Below, in pieces: positions 10,752 through 24,133 of a DNA stretch of 64,000 bases. The first letter of the stretch is position 1. Every line of letters begins with the position of its first letter. Under the pieces are notes generated by a model, which saw only the letters and a list, made by a program, of their open reading frames with translations, was not told where the DNA came from and made no database searches. This DNA is from the human T2T-CHM13v2.0 reference genome, Homo sapiens. The position numbers were made by a program, and so were the translations under genes. Where the stretch lies: NCBI RefSeq assembly GCF_009914755.1, contig NC_060948.1. The stretch is one strand, 5' to 3'.

Positions 10752-13700
10752 ATGGAATCGAACCACAAGGAATGGACAGGAATAGAATGGTCTCGAATTG
10801 AATGGAATCGTATGGAATGGCATCAAACGGAATGGAATGGACAGCCACGGAATGGAATGCACTCGAATGCAATGAAGTCGAAACTAACGGACTGGAATAG
10901 AATGGACTCGACTGGTACGGACTCCAATGGAATGGAATCGAATGGAAGGGAATCGAACGGAAGGGAATCGAACGGAATGGACTCGAAGGGAAAAGACTGC
11001 AATGGAAAGGTCTCGAATGGAATGGAAATTAATGGAATGGAATGGAATCGAATGAAATGGAGTCAAAAGGAATGGAATCGAATGGCAAGAAATCGAATGT
11101 AATGGAATCGCAAGGAATTGATGTGAACGGAACGGAATGGAATGGAATCCAAAGGAATGGAATAGAATGGAATGGAATCGAATGGAAAGGACTCGAATGG
11201 AAATCACTCGAATAGAATGCAATTTAATAAAATAGGATCAAATGTAATGGAATGGAATGGAAAGGAATCGAAACGAAAGGAATGGAGACAGATGGAATGG
11301 AATGGAACAGAGAGCAATGGTATAGAATGGAATGGAATCATCTGGAATGGAATTGAATGGAATGGAATAATATGAAATGGAATGGAATGGAATGGAATGG
11401 AATGCCCTTGAATTAAATGGACTGGAATGGAATGGACTCAAACAGAGTGGAATGGAAAGTGTGGAGGTAGAATGGAATGAACTCCTTTGGAATGGACTAG
11501 TAGGCAATGCAATCGACTGGCAGGGAATCAAAAGGAATGTAATCGAATGGATTGGACTGGAATGCAATGGACTCGAATAGATTGGAAACGGAATGCAAAG
11601 AATGGAATGGAATAGTATGGAATGGAATGGAAAGGAGTGGAGTGGAATAGACTAGAGTGGAATGGAATGGACTGGAAAGCAATGGACTGGAATGGAACTT
11701 TCTTGAATGGACTGGAATCAAACGGAATGGAATGCAATGCAATCAAATGGCATGGAATAAAATAGAATGAAAGAGAATCAAATGGAATTGAATCGAATGG
11801 AATCGAATGGATTGGAAAGGAATAGAATGGAATGGAATGGAATTGACTCAAATGGAATGGACTAGAATGGAATGGATTCGAATGGAAGGCAAAGGAATGG
11901 AATCTATTGGAATGGACTGTAATGGAATGGAATGGAAGGGATTGGAATGGACTCGAATGGAATGGACTGCAATAGAAAGGATTCGAATGGAATGAAAAAG
12001 AATTGAATGGAATAGAACAGAATGGAATCAAATCGAATGAAATGGAATGGAATAGAAAGGAATGGAATGAAATGGAATGGAAAGGATTCGAATGGAATGC
12101 AATCGAATGGAATGGAATCGAACGGAATGGAATAAAATGGAAGAAAACTGGCAAGAAATGGAATCGAAATGAATGGAGTGTTATGGAACGGACTCAAAAG
12201 GAATTGAATGTAATAGAATGGAGTGGAGTGGACTCGAATATAATGGACTGGAATGGAATGAAATCACATGGAATGGGAACGAATGGAATGGAATGGAAAG
12301 GAATGGAATCGAATGGAAAGGAATCGAATGGAAGGGAATGAAATTGAATCAACAGGAATGGAAGGGAATAGAATAGACGGTAATGGAATGGACTCGAATA
12401 GAATGGACACGAATGCTCAAATTGAATGGACTCGAATGGAATGGAAACGAAAGGAATGTCATCGAATGGAATTGAATCGATTGGAATGAAATCGCATAGA
12501 ATGGAGTGGAATCAAATGGAATTGAATCGAAAGGAAAGGAAGCGAATGGACTGAAATGAAATGGAATGGAATTGAATGGAAAGTAATGCAATGGAATAGA
12601 ATGGAACGAAATTTCACGGAATGGAATCAAACTGAATGGAATCAAATCAATGGAATCAAATCAAATGGAATGGAAAGGAATTGAATGGAGTAGATTGGAT
12701 TGGATGGGATTGGAATGAAATGTACTGGAAAGGACTCGAATTTCATGAAACGGAATGGAATGAATTGGAACGGAATGGACTCGAATGGAATGGAATGTCA
12801 TGGAATGGTATCAAATGGAATGCCATCAAATGGAATGGAATCGAATGCAATGGAATGTTATGGAATGGAATGGAATGCATTGGAATGGAATGTCCTCTAA
12901 TGGAATGGATTCGAGTGGAATGGAATCGAATATAATGGAGTCGAATGAAATGGAATTGAAAGGAATGGGATCGAATACAATGGAATATACTGGAATGTAA
13001 TGTAATGAACTCGAATGTAATTGACTGGAATGGAATGTACATGAATGGAATGTAATCGAATGGAAAGTAATCCAATGGAATAGAATCTAATGCAATAAAA
13101 CCGACTCAGATAGAGTAGAATGTAATGGAATGGAGTGCAGTGCAATGAAATGGAATGGAATTGAATGCAATGGAATGGAATGGAATGGAATGGAATGGAA
13201 TGGAATGGAATTGGATGGAATGGTATGGAATGGATAGTAATGGACTGGAGTGAAATGGACTGGAAAGGAATGGACTCAAATTGAAAGGTCTCGAAAGGAA
13301 TGGAGTCAAATGGAATGGTCTGGAATGGAATGAACACGAATGTAATGCAATCCAATAGAATGGAATCGAATGGCATGGAATATAAAGAAATGGGATCGAA
13401 GAGAATGGAAACAAATGGAATGGAATTGAATGGAATGGAATTGAATGGAATGGGAACGAATGGAGTGAAATTGTATGCAGTAGAAGGGAATAGAATGGAA
13501 TGCAAGCGAAAGGAAAGGAATGGATTGGAATGGAATGGAATTCATTGGAATGGAAGGGAATGTAGTGTAATGGACAGGCCTGGAATAAAGTGGAATGCTA
13601 CGGTCTCGAATGGAATAAAAATGTATGGAATGGAATGCAATGAAACGGAATCGAATGTCATAGAATGTAATGGAATGCAAAAAAATGGAATCCAAAATCA

Positions 13701-14329
13701 TTGACTGGAAAGGCTGGGTGTCGAAAGGAATTGACTCCAATGGAATGGAATCGAATGGAATGGAAGTGAATAGAATCGAACTAAATCGAATGGAATGGAA
13801 TTGATAGGAACGGAATGGAAAGGAATGCAATGATTTGGCATGGAATGGAATCGAATGGCATCGAATGGAATGGAATGGAATGCAATGGAATGGAATGTAT
13901 TAGAATGGAATGAACTTTAATGGAATGTACTCGAATGGATTCGACTGGAATGGAATGTTCTGGAAGTGAATGGACTCCAATGGAATGGATTCAAAAGGAA
14001 TGGAATCGTACGGAATGGAATCTAATGGAATGGAATTAAATGGAAATGAATCAAATTGAATAGCACGGAATTGAATTGAATGGAATGGAATGCAATGGAA
14101 TCTAATGAAACGGAAAGGAAAGGAATGGAATGGAATGGAATGGGCTGGAATGGAAAGGAATCGAAACGAATGGAATGGAATCGAACTGAAGAGACTGGAA
14201 TGGAATGCACTGGAATGGAAGGGAGTGTAATGGAAGGTTCTCGAAAAAAATGGAATCGAATGGAATGCAATTGAATGGAACGGAGTAGAGCCGAATGCAA
14301 TTGAATGGAATGGAATGGACTAGAGTGAA
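10752..14329. repeat. DYZ1 monomer U4, full length, 3578 bp
   Basis: Anchor spacing; 1-bp deletion near 11600 (GCAAAGAATGG); pure tract of 8. Confidence 0.9.
11695..11707. promoter_or_regulatory. Perfect 3-unit heat-shock element motif HSE-C, GAACTTTCTTGAA (polymorphic)
   Basis: Intact at 11695, 15270, 21500, 27719, 31247, 45520, 51715, 57929, 61457; the other 10 monomers read GAACTTTCTTGGA. Confidence 0.5.
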
Positions 14330-17300
14330 ATGGAATCGAACCACAAGGAATGGACAGGAATAGAATGGTCTCGAATTGAATGGAATCGTATGGAATGGCA
14401 TCAAACGGAATGGAATGGACAGCCACGGAATGGAATGCACTCGAATGCAATGGAGTCGAATCTAATGGACTGGAATAGAATGGACTCGACTGGTACGGAC
14501 TCCAATGGAATGGAATCGAATGGAAGGGAATCGAACGGAAGGGAATCGAATGGAATGGACTCGAAGGGAAAAGACTGTAATGGAAAGGTCTCGAATGGAA
14601 TGGAAATTAATGGAATGGAATGGAATCGAATGAAATGGAGGCAAAAGGAATGGAATCGAATGGCAAGAAATCGAATGTAATGGAATCGCAAGGAATTGAT
14701 GTGAACGGAACGGAATGGAATGGAATCCAAAGGAATGGAATAGAATGGAATGGAATCGAATGGAAAGGACTCGAATGGAAATCACTCGAATAGAATGCAA
14801 TTTAATAAAATAGGATCAAATGTAATGGAATGGAATGGAAAGGAATCGAAACGAAAGGAATGGAGACAGATGGAATGGAATGGAACAGAGAGCAATGGTA
14901 TAGAACGGAATGGAATCATCTGGAATGGAATTGAATGGAATGGAATAATATGAAATGGAAAGGAATGAAATGGAATGCCCTTGAATTAAATGGACTACAA
15001 TGGGAATGGACTCGAACAGAGTGGAATGGAAAGTGTTGAAATAGAATGGAATTGACTCCTTTGGAATGGTGTAGTATGCAATGCAATCGACTGGCAGGGA
15101 ATCAAAAGGAATGTAATCGAATGGATTGGACTGGAATGCAATGGACTCGAATAGATTGGAAACGGAATGCAAAGGAATGGAATGGAATAGTATGGAATGG
15201 AATGGAAAGCAATGGAGTGGAATAGACTAGAGTGGAATGGAATGGACTGGAAAGCAATGGACTGGAATGGAACTTTCTTGAATGGACTGGAATCAAACGG
15301 AATGGAATGCAATGCAATCAAATGGCATGGAATAAAATAGAATGAAAGAGAATCAAATGGAATTGAATCGAATGGAATCGAATGGATTGGAAAGGAATAG
15401 AATGGAATGGAATGGAATGGACTCAAATGGAATGTACTAGAATGGAATGGATTCGAATGGAAGGCAAAGGAATGGAATCTATTGGAATGGACTGTAATGG
15501 AATGGAATGGAAGGGATTGGAATGGACTCGAATGGAATGGACTGCAATAGAAAGGATTCGAATGGAATGAAAAAGAATTGAATGGAATAGAACAGAATGG
15601 AATCAAATCGAATGAAATGGAATGGAATAGAAAGGAATGGAATGAAATGGAATGGAAAGGATTCGAATGGAATGCAATCGAATGGAATGGAATCGAACGG
15701 AATGGAATAAAATGGAAGAAAACTGGCAAGAAATGGAATCGAAATGAATGGAGTGTTATGGAACGGACTCAAAAGGAATTGAATGTAATAGAATGGAGTG
15801 GAGTGGACTCGAATATAATGGACTGGAATGGAATGAAATCACATGGAATGGGAACGAATGGAATGGAATGGAAAGGAATGGAATCGAATGGAAAGGAATC
15901 GAATGGAAGGGAATGAAATTGAATCAACAGGAATGGAAGGGAATAGAATAGACGGTAATGGAATGGACTCGAATAGAATGGACACGAATGCTCAAATTAA
16001 ATGGACTCGAATGGAATGGAAACGAAAGGAATGTCATCGAATGGAATTGAATCGATTGGAATGAAATCGCATAGAATGGAGTGGAATCAAATGGAATTGA
16101 ATCGAAAGGAAAGGAAGCGAATGGACTGAAATGAAATGGAATGGAATTGAATGGAAAGTAACGCAATGGAATAGAATGGAACGAAATTTCACGGAATGGA
16201 ATCAAACTGAATGGAATCAAATCAATGGAATCAAATCAAATGGAATGGAAAGGAATTGAATGGAGTAGATGGGATTGGATGGGATTGGAATGAAATGTAC
16301 TGGAAAGGACTCGAATTTCATGAAACGGAATGGAATGAATTGGAAAGGAATGGACTCGAATGGAATGGAATGTCATGGGATGGCATCAAATGGAATGGCA
16401 TCAAATGGAATGGAATCGAATGCAATGGAATGCTATGGAATGGAATGGAATGCATTGGAATGGAATGTCCTCTAATGGAATGGATTCGAGTGGAATGGAA
16501 TTGAATATAATGGAGTCGAATGAAATGGAATTGAAAGGAATGGGATCGAATACAATGGAATATACTGGAATGTAACGTAATGAACTCGAATGTAATTGAC
16601 TGGAATGGAATGTACATGAATGGAATGTAATCGAATGGAAAGTAATCCAATGGAATAGAATCTAATGCAATAAAATCGACTCAGATAGAGTAGAATGTAA
16701 TGGAATGGAGTGCAGTGCAATGGAATGGAATGGAATGGAATGCAATGGAATGGAATGGAATGGAATGGAATGGAATGGAATGGAATGGAATGGGATGGAA
16801 TGGTATGGAATGGATAGTAATGGACTGGAGTGAAATGGACTGGAAAGGAATGGACTCAAATTGAAAGGGCTCGAAAGGAATGGAGTCAAATGGAATGGTC
16901 TGGAATGGAATGAACACGAATGTAATGCAACCCAATAGAATGGAATCGAATGGCATGGAATATAAAGAAATGGAATCGAAGAGAATGGAAACAAATGGAA
17001 TGGAATTGAATGGAATGGAATTGAATGGAATGGGAACGAATGGAGTGAAATTGTATGCAGTAGAAGAGAATAGAATGGAATGCAAGCGAAAGGAAAGGAA
17101 TGGATTGGAATGGAATGGAATTCATTGGAATGGAAGGGAATGTAGTGTAATGGACAGGCCTGGAATAAAGTGGAATGCTACGGTCTCGAATGGAATAAAA
17201 ATGTATGGAATGGAATGCAATGAAACGGAATCGAATGTCATAGAATGTAATGGAATGCAAAAAAATGGAATCCAAAATCATTGACTGGAAAGGCTGGGTG

Positions 17301-17909
17301 TCGAAAGGAATTGACTCCAATGGAATGGAATCGAATGGAATGGAAGTGAATAGAATCGAACTAAATCGAATGGAATGGAATTGATAGGAACGGAATGGAA
17401 AGGAATGCAATGATTTGGCATGGAATGGAATCGAATGGCATCGAATGGAATGGAATGGAATGCAATGGAATGGAATGTATTAGAATGGAATGAACTTTAA
17501 TGGAATGTACTCGAATGGATTCGACTGGAATGGAATGTTCTGGAAGTGAATGGACTCCAATGGAATGGATTCAAAAGGAATGGAATCGTACGGAATGGAA
17601 TCTAATGGAATGGAATTAAATGGAAATGAATCAAATTGAATAGCACGGAATTGAATTGAATGGAATGGAATGCAATGGAATCTAATGAAACGGAAAGGAA
17701 AGGAATGGAATGGAATGGAATGGGCTGGAATGGAAAGGAATCGAAACGAATGGAATGGAATCGAACTGAAGAGACTGGAATGGAATGCACTGGAATGGAA
17801 GGGAGTGTAATGGAAGGTTCTCGAAAAAAATGGAATCGAATGGAATGGAATTGAATGGAACGGAATAGAGTCGAATGGAATTGAATGGAATGGAATGGAC
17901 TAGAGTGAA
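14330..17909. repeat. DYZ1 monomer U5, full length, 3580 bp
   Basis: Anchor spacing; private variant cluster at 14950-15060; pure tract of 9. Confidence 0.9.
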
Positions 17910-20585
17910 ATGGAATCGAACCACAAGGAATGGACAGGAATAGAATGGTCTCGAATTGAATGGAATCGTATGGAATGGCATCAAACGGAATGGAATGGAC
18001 AGCCACGGAATGGAATGCACTCGAATGCAATGGAGTCGAAACTAACGGACTGGAATAGAATGGACTCGATTGGTACGGACTCCAATGGAATGGAATCGAA
18101 TGGAAGGGAATCGAACGGAAGGGAATCGAACGGAATGGACTCGAAGGGAAAAGACTGCAATGGAAAGGTCTCGAATGGAATGGAAATTAATGGAATGGAA
18201 TGGAATCGAATGAAATGGAGTCAAAAGGAATGGAATCGAATGGCAAGAAATCGAATGTAATGGAATCGCAAGGAATTGATGTGAACGGAACGGAATGGAA
18301 TGGAATCCAAAGGAATGGAATAGAATGGAATGGAATCGAATGGAAAGGACTCGAATGGAAATCACTCGAATAGAATGCAATTTAATAAAATAGGATCAAA
18401 TGTAATAGAATGGAATGGAAAGGAATCGAAACGGAAGGAATGGAGACAGATGGAATGGAATGGAACAGAGAGCAATGGTATAGAATGGAATGGAATCATC
18501 TGGAATGGAATTGAATGGAATGGAATAATATGAAATGGAATGGAATGGAATGGAATGGAATGCCCTTGAATTAAATGGACTGGACTCGAACAGAGTGGAA
18601 TGGAAAGTGTTGAGATAGAATGGAATGGACTCCTTTGGAATGGTCTAGTATGCAATGCAATCGACTGGCAGGGAATCAAAAGGAATGTAATCGAATGGAT
18701 TGGACTGGAATGCAATGGACTCGAATAGATTGGAAACGGAATGCAAAGGAATGGAATGGAATAGTATGGAATGCAATGGAAGGGAATGGAGTGGAATAGA
18801 CTAGAGTGGAATGGAATGGACTGGAAAGCAATGGACTGGAATGGAACTTTCTTGGATGGATGGGAATCAAACGGAATGGAATGCAATGCAATCAAATGGC
18901 ATGGAATAAAATAGAATGAAAGAGAATCAAATGGAATTGAATCGAATGGAATCGAATGGATTGGAAAGGAATAGAATGGAATGGAATGGAATTGACTCAA
19001 ATGGAATGGACTAGAATGGAATGGATTCGAATGGAATGGAATGTCATGGAATGGCATCAAATGGAATGGCATCAAATGGAATGGAATCGAATGCAATGGA
19101 ATGCTATGGAATGGAATGGAATGCATTGGAATGGAATGTCCTCTAATGGAATGGATTCGAGTGGAATGGAATTGAATATAATGGAGTCGAATGAAATGGA
19201 ATTGAAAGGAATGGGATCGAATACAATGGAATATACTGGAATGTAACGTAATGAACTCGAATGTAATTGACTGGAATGGAATGTACATGAATGGAATGTA
19301 ATCGAATGGAAAGTAATCCAATGGAATAGAATCTAATGCAATAAAATCGACTCAGATAGAGTAGAATGTAATGGAATGGAGTGCAGTGCAATGGAATGGA
19401 ATGGAATGGAATGCAATGGAATGGAATGGAATGGAATGGAATGGAATGGAATGGAATGGAATGGAATGGGATGGAATGGTATGGAATGGATAGTAATGGA
19501 CTGGAGTGAAATGGACTGGAAAGGAATGGACTCAAATTGAAAGGGCTCGAAAGGAATGGAGTCAAATGGAATGGTCTGGAATGGAATGAACACGAATGTA
19601 ATCCAATCCAATAGAATGGAATCGAATGGCATGGAATATAAAGAAATGGAATCGAAGAGAATGGAAACAAATGGAATGGAATTGAATGGAATGGAATTGA
19701 ATGGAATGTGAACGAATGGAGTGAAATTGTATGCAGTAGAAGAGAATAGAATGGAATGCAAGCGAAAGGAAAGGAATGGATTGGAATGGAATGGAATTCA
19801 TTGGAATGGAAGGGAATGTAGTGTAATGGACAGGCCTGGAATAAAGTGGAATGCTACGGTCTCGAATGGAATAAAAATGTATGGAATGGAATGCAATGAA
19901 ACGGAATCGAATGTCATAGAATGTAATGGAATGCAAAAAAATGGAATCCAAAATCATTGACTGGAAAGGCTGGGTGTCGAAAGGAATTGACTCCAATGGA
20001 ATGGAATCGAATGGAATGGAAGTGAATAGAATCGAACTAAATCGAATGGAATGGAATTGATAGGAACGGAATGGAAAGGAATGCAATGATTTGGCATGGA
20101 ATGGAATCGAATGGCATCGAATGGAATGGAATGCAATGCAATGGAATGGAATGTATTAGAATGTAATGAACTTTAATGGAATGTACTCGAATGGATTCGA
20201 CTGGAATGGAATGTTCTGGAAGTGAATGGACTCCAATGGAATGGATTCAAAAGGAATGGAATCGTACGGAATGGAATCTAATGGAATGGAATTAAATGGA
20301 AATGAATCAAATTGAATAGCACGGAATTGAATTGAATGGAATGGAATGCAATGGAATCTAATGAAACGGAAAGGAAAGGAATGGAATGGAATGGAATGGA
20401 CTGGAATGGAAAGGAATCGAAACGAATGGAATGGAATCGAACTGAAGAGACTGGAATGGAATGCACTGGAATGGAAGGGAGTGTAATGGAAGGTTGTCGA
20501 AAAAAATGGAATCGAATGGAATGGAATTGAATGGAACGGAATAGAGTCGAATGGAATTGAATGGAATGGAATGGACTAGAGTGAA
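17910..20585. repeat. DYZ1 monomer U6, short form, 2676 bp (903-bp internal deletion)
   Basis: Junction GGATTCGAATGGAATGGAATGTCATGG, with TCGAATGGAA at 19027-19036, joins sequences 903 bp apart in U1 (1222 and 2125). Confidence 0.92.
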
Positions 20586-23500
20586 ATGGAATCGAACCAC
20601 AAGGAATGGACAGGAATAGAATGGTCTCGAATTGAATGGAATCGTATGGAATGGCATCAAACGGAATGGAATGGACAGCCACGGAATGGAATGCACTCGA
20701 ATGCAATGGAGTCGAAACTAATGGACTGGAATAGAATGGACTCGACTGGTACGGACTCCAATGGAATGGAATCGAATGGAAGGGAATCGAACGGAAGGGA
20801 ATCGAACGGAATGGACTCGAAGGGAAAAGACTGCAATAGAAAGGTCTCGAATGGAATGGAAATTAATGGAATGGAATGGAATCGAATGAAATGGAGTCAA
20901 AAGGAATGGAATCGAATGGCAAGAAATGGAATGTAATGGAATCGCCAGGAATTGATGTGAACGGAGCGGAATGGAATGGAATCCAAAGGAATGGAATAGA
21001 ATGGAATGGAATCGAATGGAAAGGACTCGAATGGAAATCACTCGAATAGAATGCAATTTAATAAAATAGGATCAAATGTAATGGAATGGAATGGAAAGGA
21101 ATCGAAACGAAAGGAATGGAGACAGATGGAATGGAATGGAACAGAGAGCAATGGTATAGAATGGAATGGAATCATCTGGAATGGAATTGAATGGAATGGA
21201 ATGGAATGCCCTTGAATTAAATGGACTGGAATGGAATGGACTCAAACAGAGTGGAATGGAAAGTGTTGAGATAGAGTGGAATGAACTCCTTTGGAATGGT
21301 CTAGTAGGCAATGCAATCGACTGGCAGGGAATCAAAAGGAATGTAATCGAATGGATTGGACTGGAATGCAATGGACTCGAATAGATTGGAAACGGAATGC
21401 AAAGGAATGGAATGGAATAGTATGGAATGGAATGGAAAGGAATGTAGTGGAATAGACTAGAGTGGAATGGAATGGACTGGAAAGCAATGGACTGGAATGG
21501 AACTTTCTTGAATGGACTGGAATCAAACGGAATGGAATGCAATGCAATCAAATGGCATGGAATAAAATAGAATGAAAGAGAATCAAATGGAATTGAATCG
21601 AATGGAATCGAATGGATTGGAAAGGAATAGAACGGAATGGAATGGAATTGACTCAAATGGAATGGACTAGAATGGAATGGATTCGAATGGAAGACAAAGG
21701 AATGGAATCTATTGGAATGGACTGTAATGGAATGGAATGGAAGGGATTGGAATGGACTCGAATGGAATGGACTGCAATAGAAAGGATTCGAATGGAATGA
21801 AAAAGAATTGAATGGAATAGAACAGAATGGAATCAAATCGAATGAAATGGAATGGAATAGAAAGGAATGGAATGAAATGGAATGAAAAGGATTCCAATGG
21901 AATGCAATCGAATGGAATGGAATCGAACGGAATGGAATAAAATGGAAGAAAACTGGCAATAAATGGAATCGAAATGAATGGAGTGTTATGGAACGGACTC
22001 AAAAGGAATTGAATGTAATAGAATGGAGTGGAGTGGACTCGAATATAATGGACTGGAATGGAATGAAATCACATGGAATGGGAACGAATGGAATGGAATG
22101 GAAAGGAATGGAATCGAATGGAAAGGAATCGAATGGAGGGAATGAAATTGAATCAACAGGAATGGAAGGGAATAGAATAGACGGTAATGGAATGGACTCG
22201 AATAGAATGGACACGAATGCTCAAATTGAATGGACTCGAATGGAATGGAAACGAAAGGAATGTCATCGAATGGAATTGAATCGATTGGAATGAAATCGCA
22301 TAGAATGGAGTGGAATCAAATGGAATTGAATCGAAAGGAAAGGAAGCGAATGTACTGAAATGAAATGGAATGGAATTGAATGGAAAGTAACGCAATGGAA
22401 TAGAATGGAACGAAATTTCACGGAATGGAATCAAACTGAATGGAATCAAATCAATGGAATCAAATCAAATGGAATGGAAAGGAATTGAATGGAGTAGATG
22501 GGATTGGATGGGATTGGAATGAAATGTACTGGAAAGGACTCGAATTTCATGAAACGGAATGGAATGAATTGGAAAGGAATGGACTCGAATGGAATGGAAT
22601 GTCATGGGATGGCATCAAATGGAATGGCATCAAATGGAATGGAATCGAATGCAATGGAATGCTATGGAATGGAATGGAATGCATTGGAATGGAATGTCCT
22701 CTAATGGAATGGATTCGAGTGGAATGGAATTGAATATAATGGAGTCGAATGAAATGGAATTGAAAGGAATGGGATCGAATACAATGGAATATACTGGAAT
22801 GTAACGTAATGAACTCGAATGTAATTGACTGGAATGGAATGTACATGAATGGAATGTAATCGAATGGAAAGTAATCCAATGGAATAGAATCTAATGCAAT
22901 AAAATCGACTCAGATAGAGTAGAATGTAATGGAATGGAGTGCAGTGCAATGGAATGGAATGGAATGGAATGCAATGGAATGGAATGGAATGGAATGGAAT
23001 GGAATGGAATGGAATGGGATGGAATGTTATGGAATGGATAGTAATGGACTGGAGTGAAATGGACTGGAAAGGAATGGACTCAAATTGAAAGGGCTCGAAA
23101 GGAATGGAGTCAAATGGAATGGTCTGGAATGGAATGAACACGAATGTAATGCAACCCAATAGAATGGAATCGAATGGCATGGAATATAAAGAAATGGAAT
23201 CGAAGAGAATGGAAACAAATGGAATGGAATTGAATGGAATGGAATTGAATGGAATGGGAACGAATGGAGTGAAATTGTATGCAGTAGAAGAGAATAGAAT
23301 GGAATGCAAGCGAAAGGAAAGGAATGGATTGGAATGGAATGGAATTCATTGGAATGGAAGGGAATGTAGTGTAATGGACAGGCCTGGAATAAAGTGGAAT
23401 GCTACGGTCTCGAATGGAATAAAAATGTATGGAATGGAATGCAATGAAACGGAATCGAATGTCATAGAATGTAATGGAATGCAAAAAAATGGAATCCAAA

Positions 23501-24133
23501 ATCATTGACTGGAAAGGCTGGGTGTCGAAAGGAATTGACTCCAATGGAATGGAATCGAATGGAATGGAAGTGAATAGAATCGAACTAAATCGAATGGAAT
23601 GGAATTGATAGGAACGGAATGGAAAGGAATGCAATGATTTGGCATGGAATGGAATCGAATGGCATCGAATGGAATGGAATGGAATGCAATGGAATGGAAT
23701 GTATTAGAATGGAATGAACTTTAATGGAATGTACTCGAATGGATTCGACTGGAATGGAATGTTCTGGAAGTGAATGGACTCCAATGGAATGGATTCAAAA
23801 GGAATGGAATCGTACGGAATGGAATCTAATGGAATGGAATTAAATGGAAATGAATCAAATTGAATAGCACGGAATTGAATTGAATGGAATGGAATGCAAT
23901 GGAATCTAATGAAACGGAAAGGAAAGGAATGGAATGGAATGGAATGGGCTGGAATGGAAAGGAATCGAAACGAATGGAATGGAATCGAACTGAAGAGACT
24001 GGAATGGAATGCACTGGAATGGAAGGGAGTGTAATGGAAGGTTCTCGAAAAAAATGGAATCGAATGGAATGGAATTGAATGGAACGGAATAGAGTCGAAT
24101 GGAATTGAATGGAATGGAATGGACTAGAGTGAA
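20586..24133. repeat. DYZ1 monomer U7, partner type, 3548 bp
   Basis: 30-bp deletion near 21195 (loss of TAATATGAAA block), GGAGCGG, AGACAAAGG, GGCAATAAAT, and 1-bp deletion GGAGGGAATG. Confidence 0.9.

Noticed and set aside
18362-19321. 319-aa minus-strand ORF created across the 903-bp deletion (also at 24586, 48577, 54801)
   Set aside because: 903 is divisible by 3, which has a one-in-three chance. The product is low-complexity FHSIP repeat with no evidence of expression.
19416-19465. (TGGAA)n run resembling the SCA31 pathogenic repeat and its WNGME repeat peptide
   Set aside because: Pure runs here are at most 10 copies and are normal satellite sequence; nothing in the window supports repeat-associated translation.
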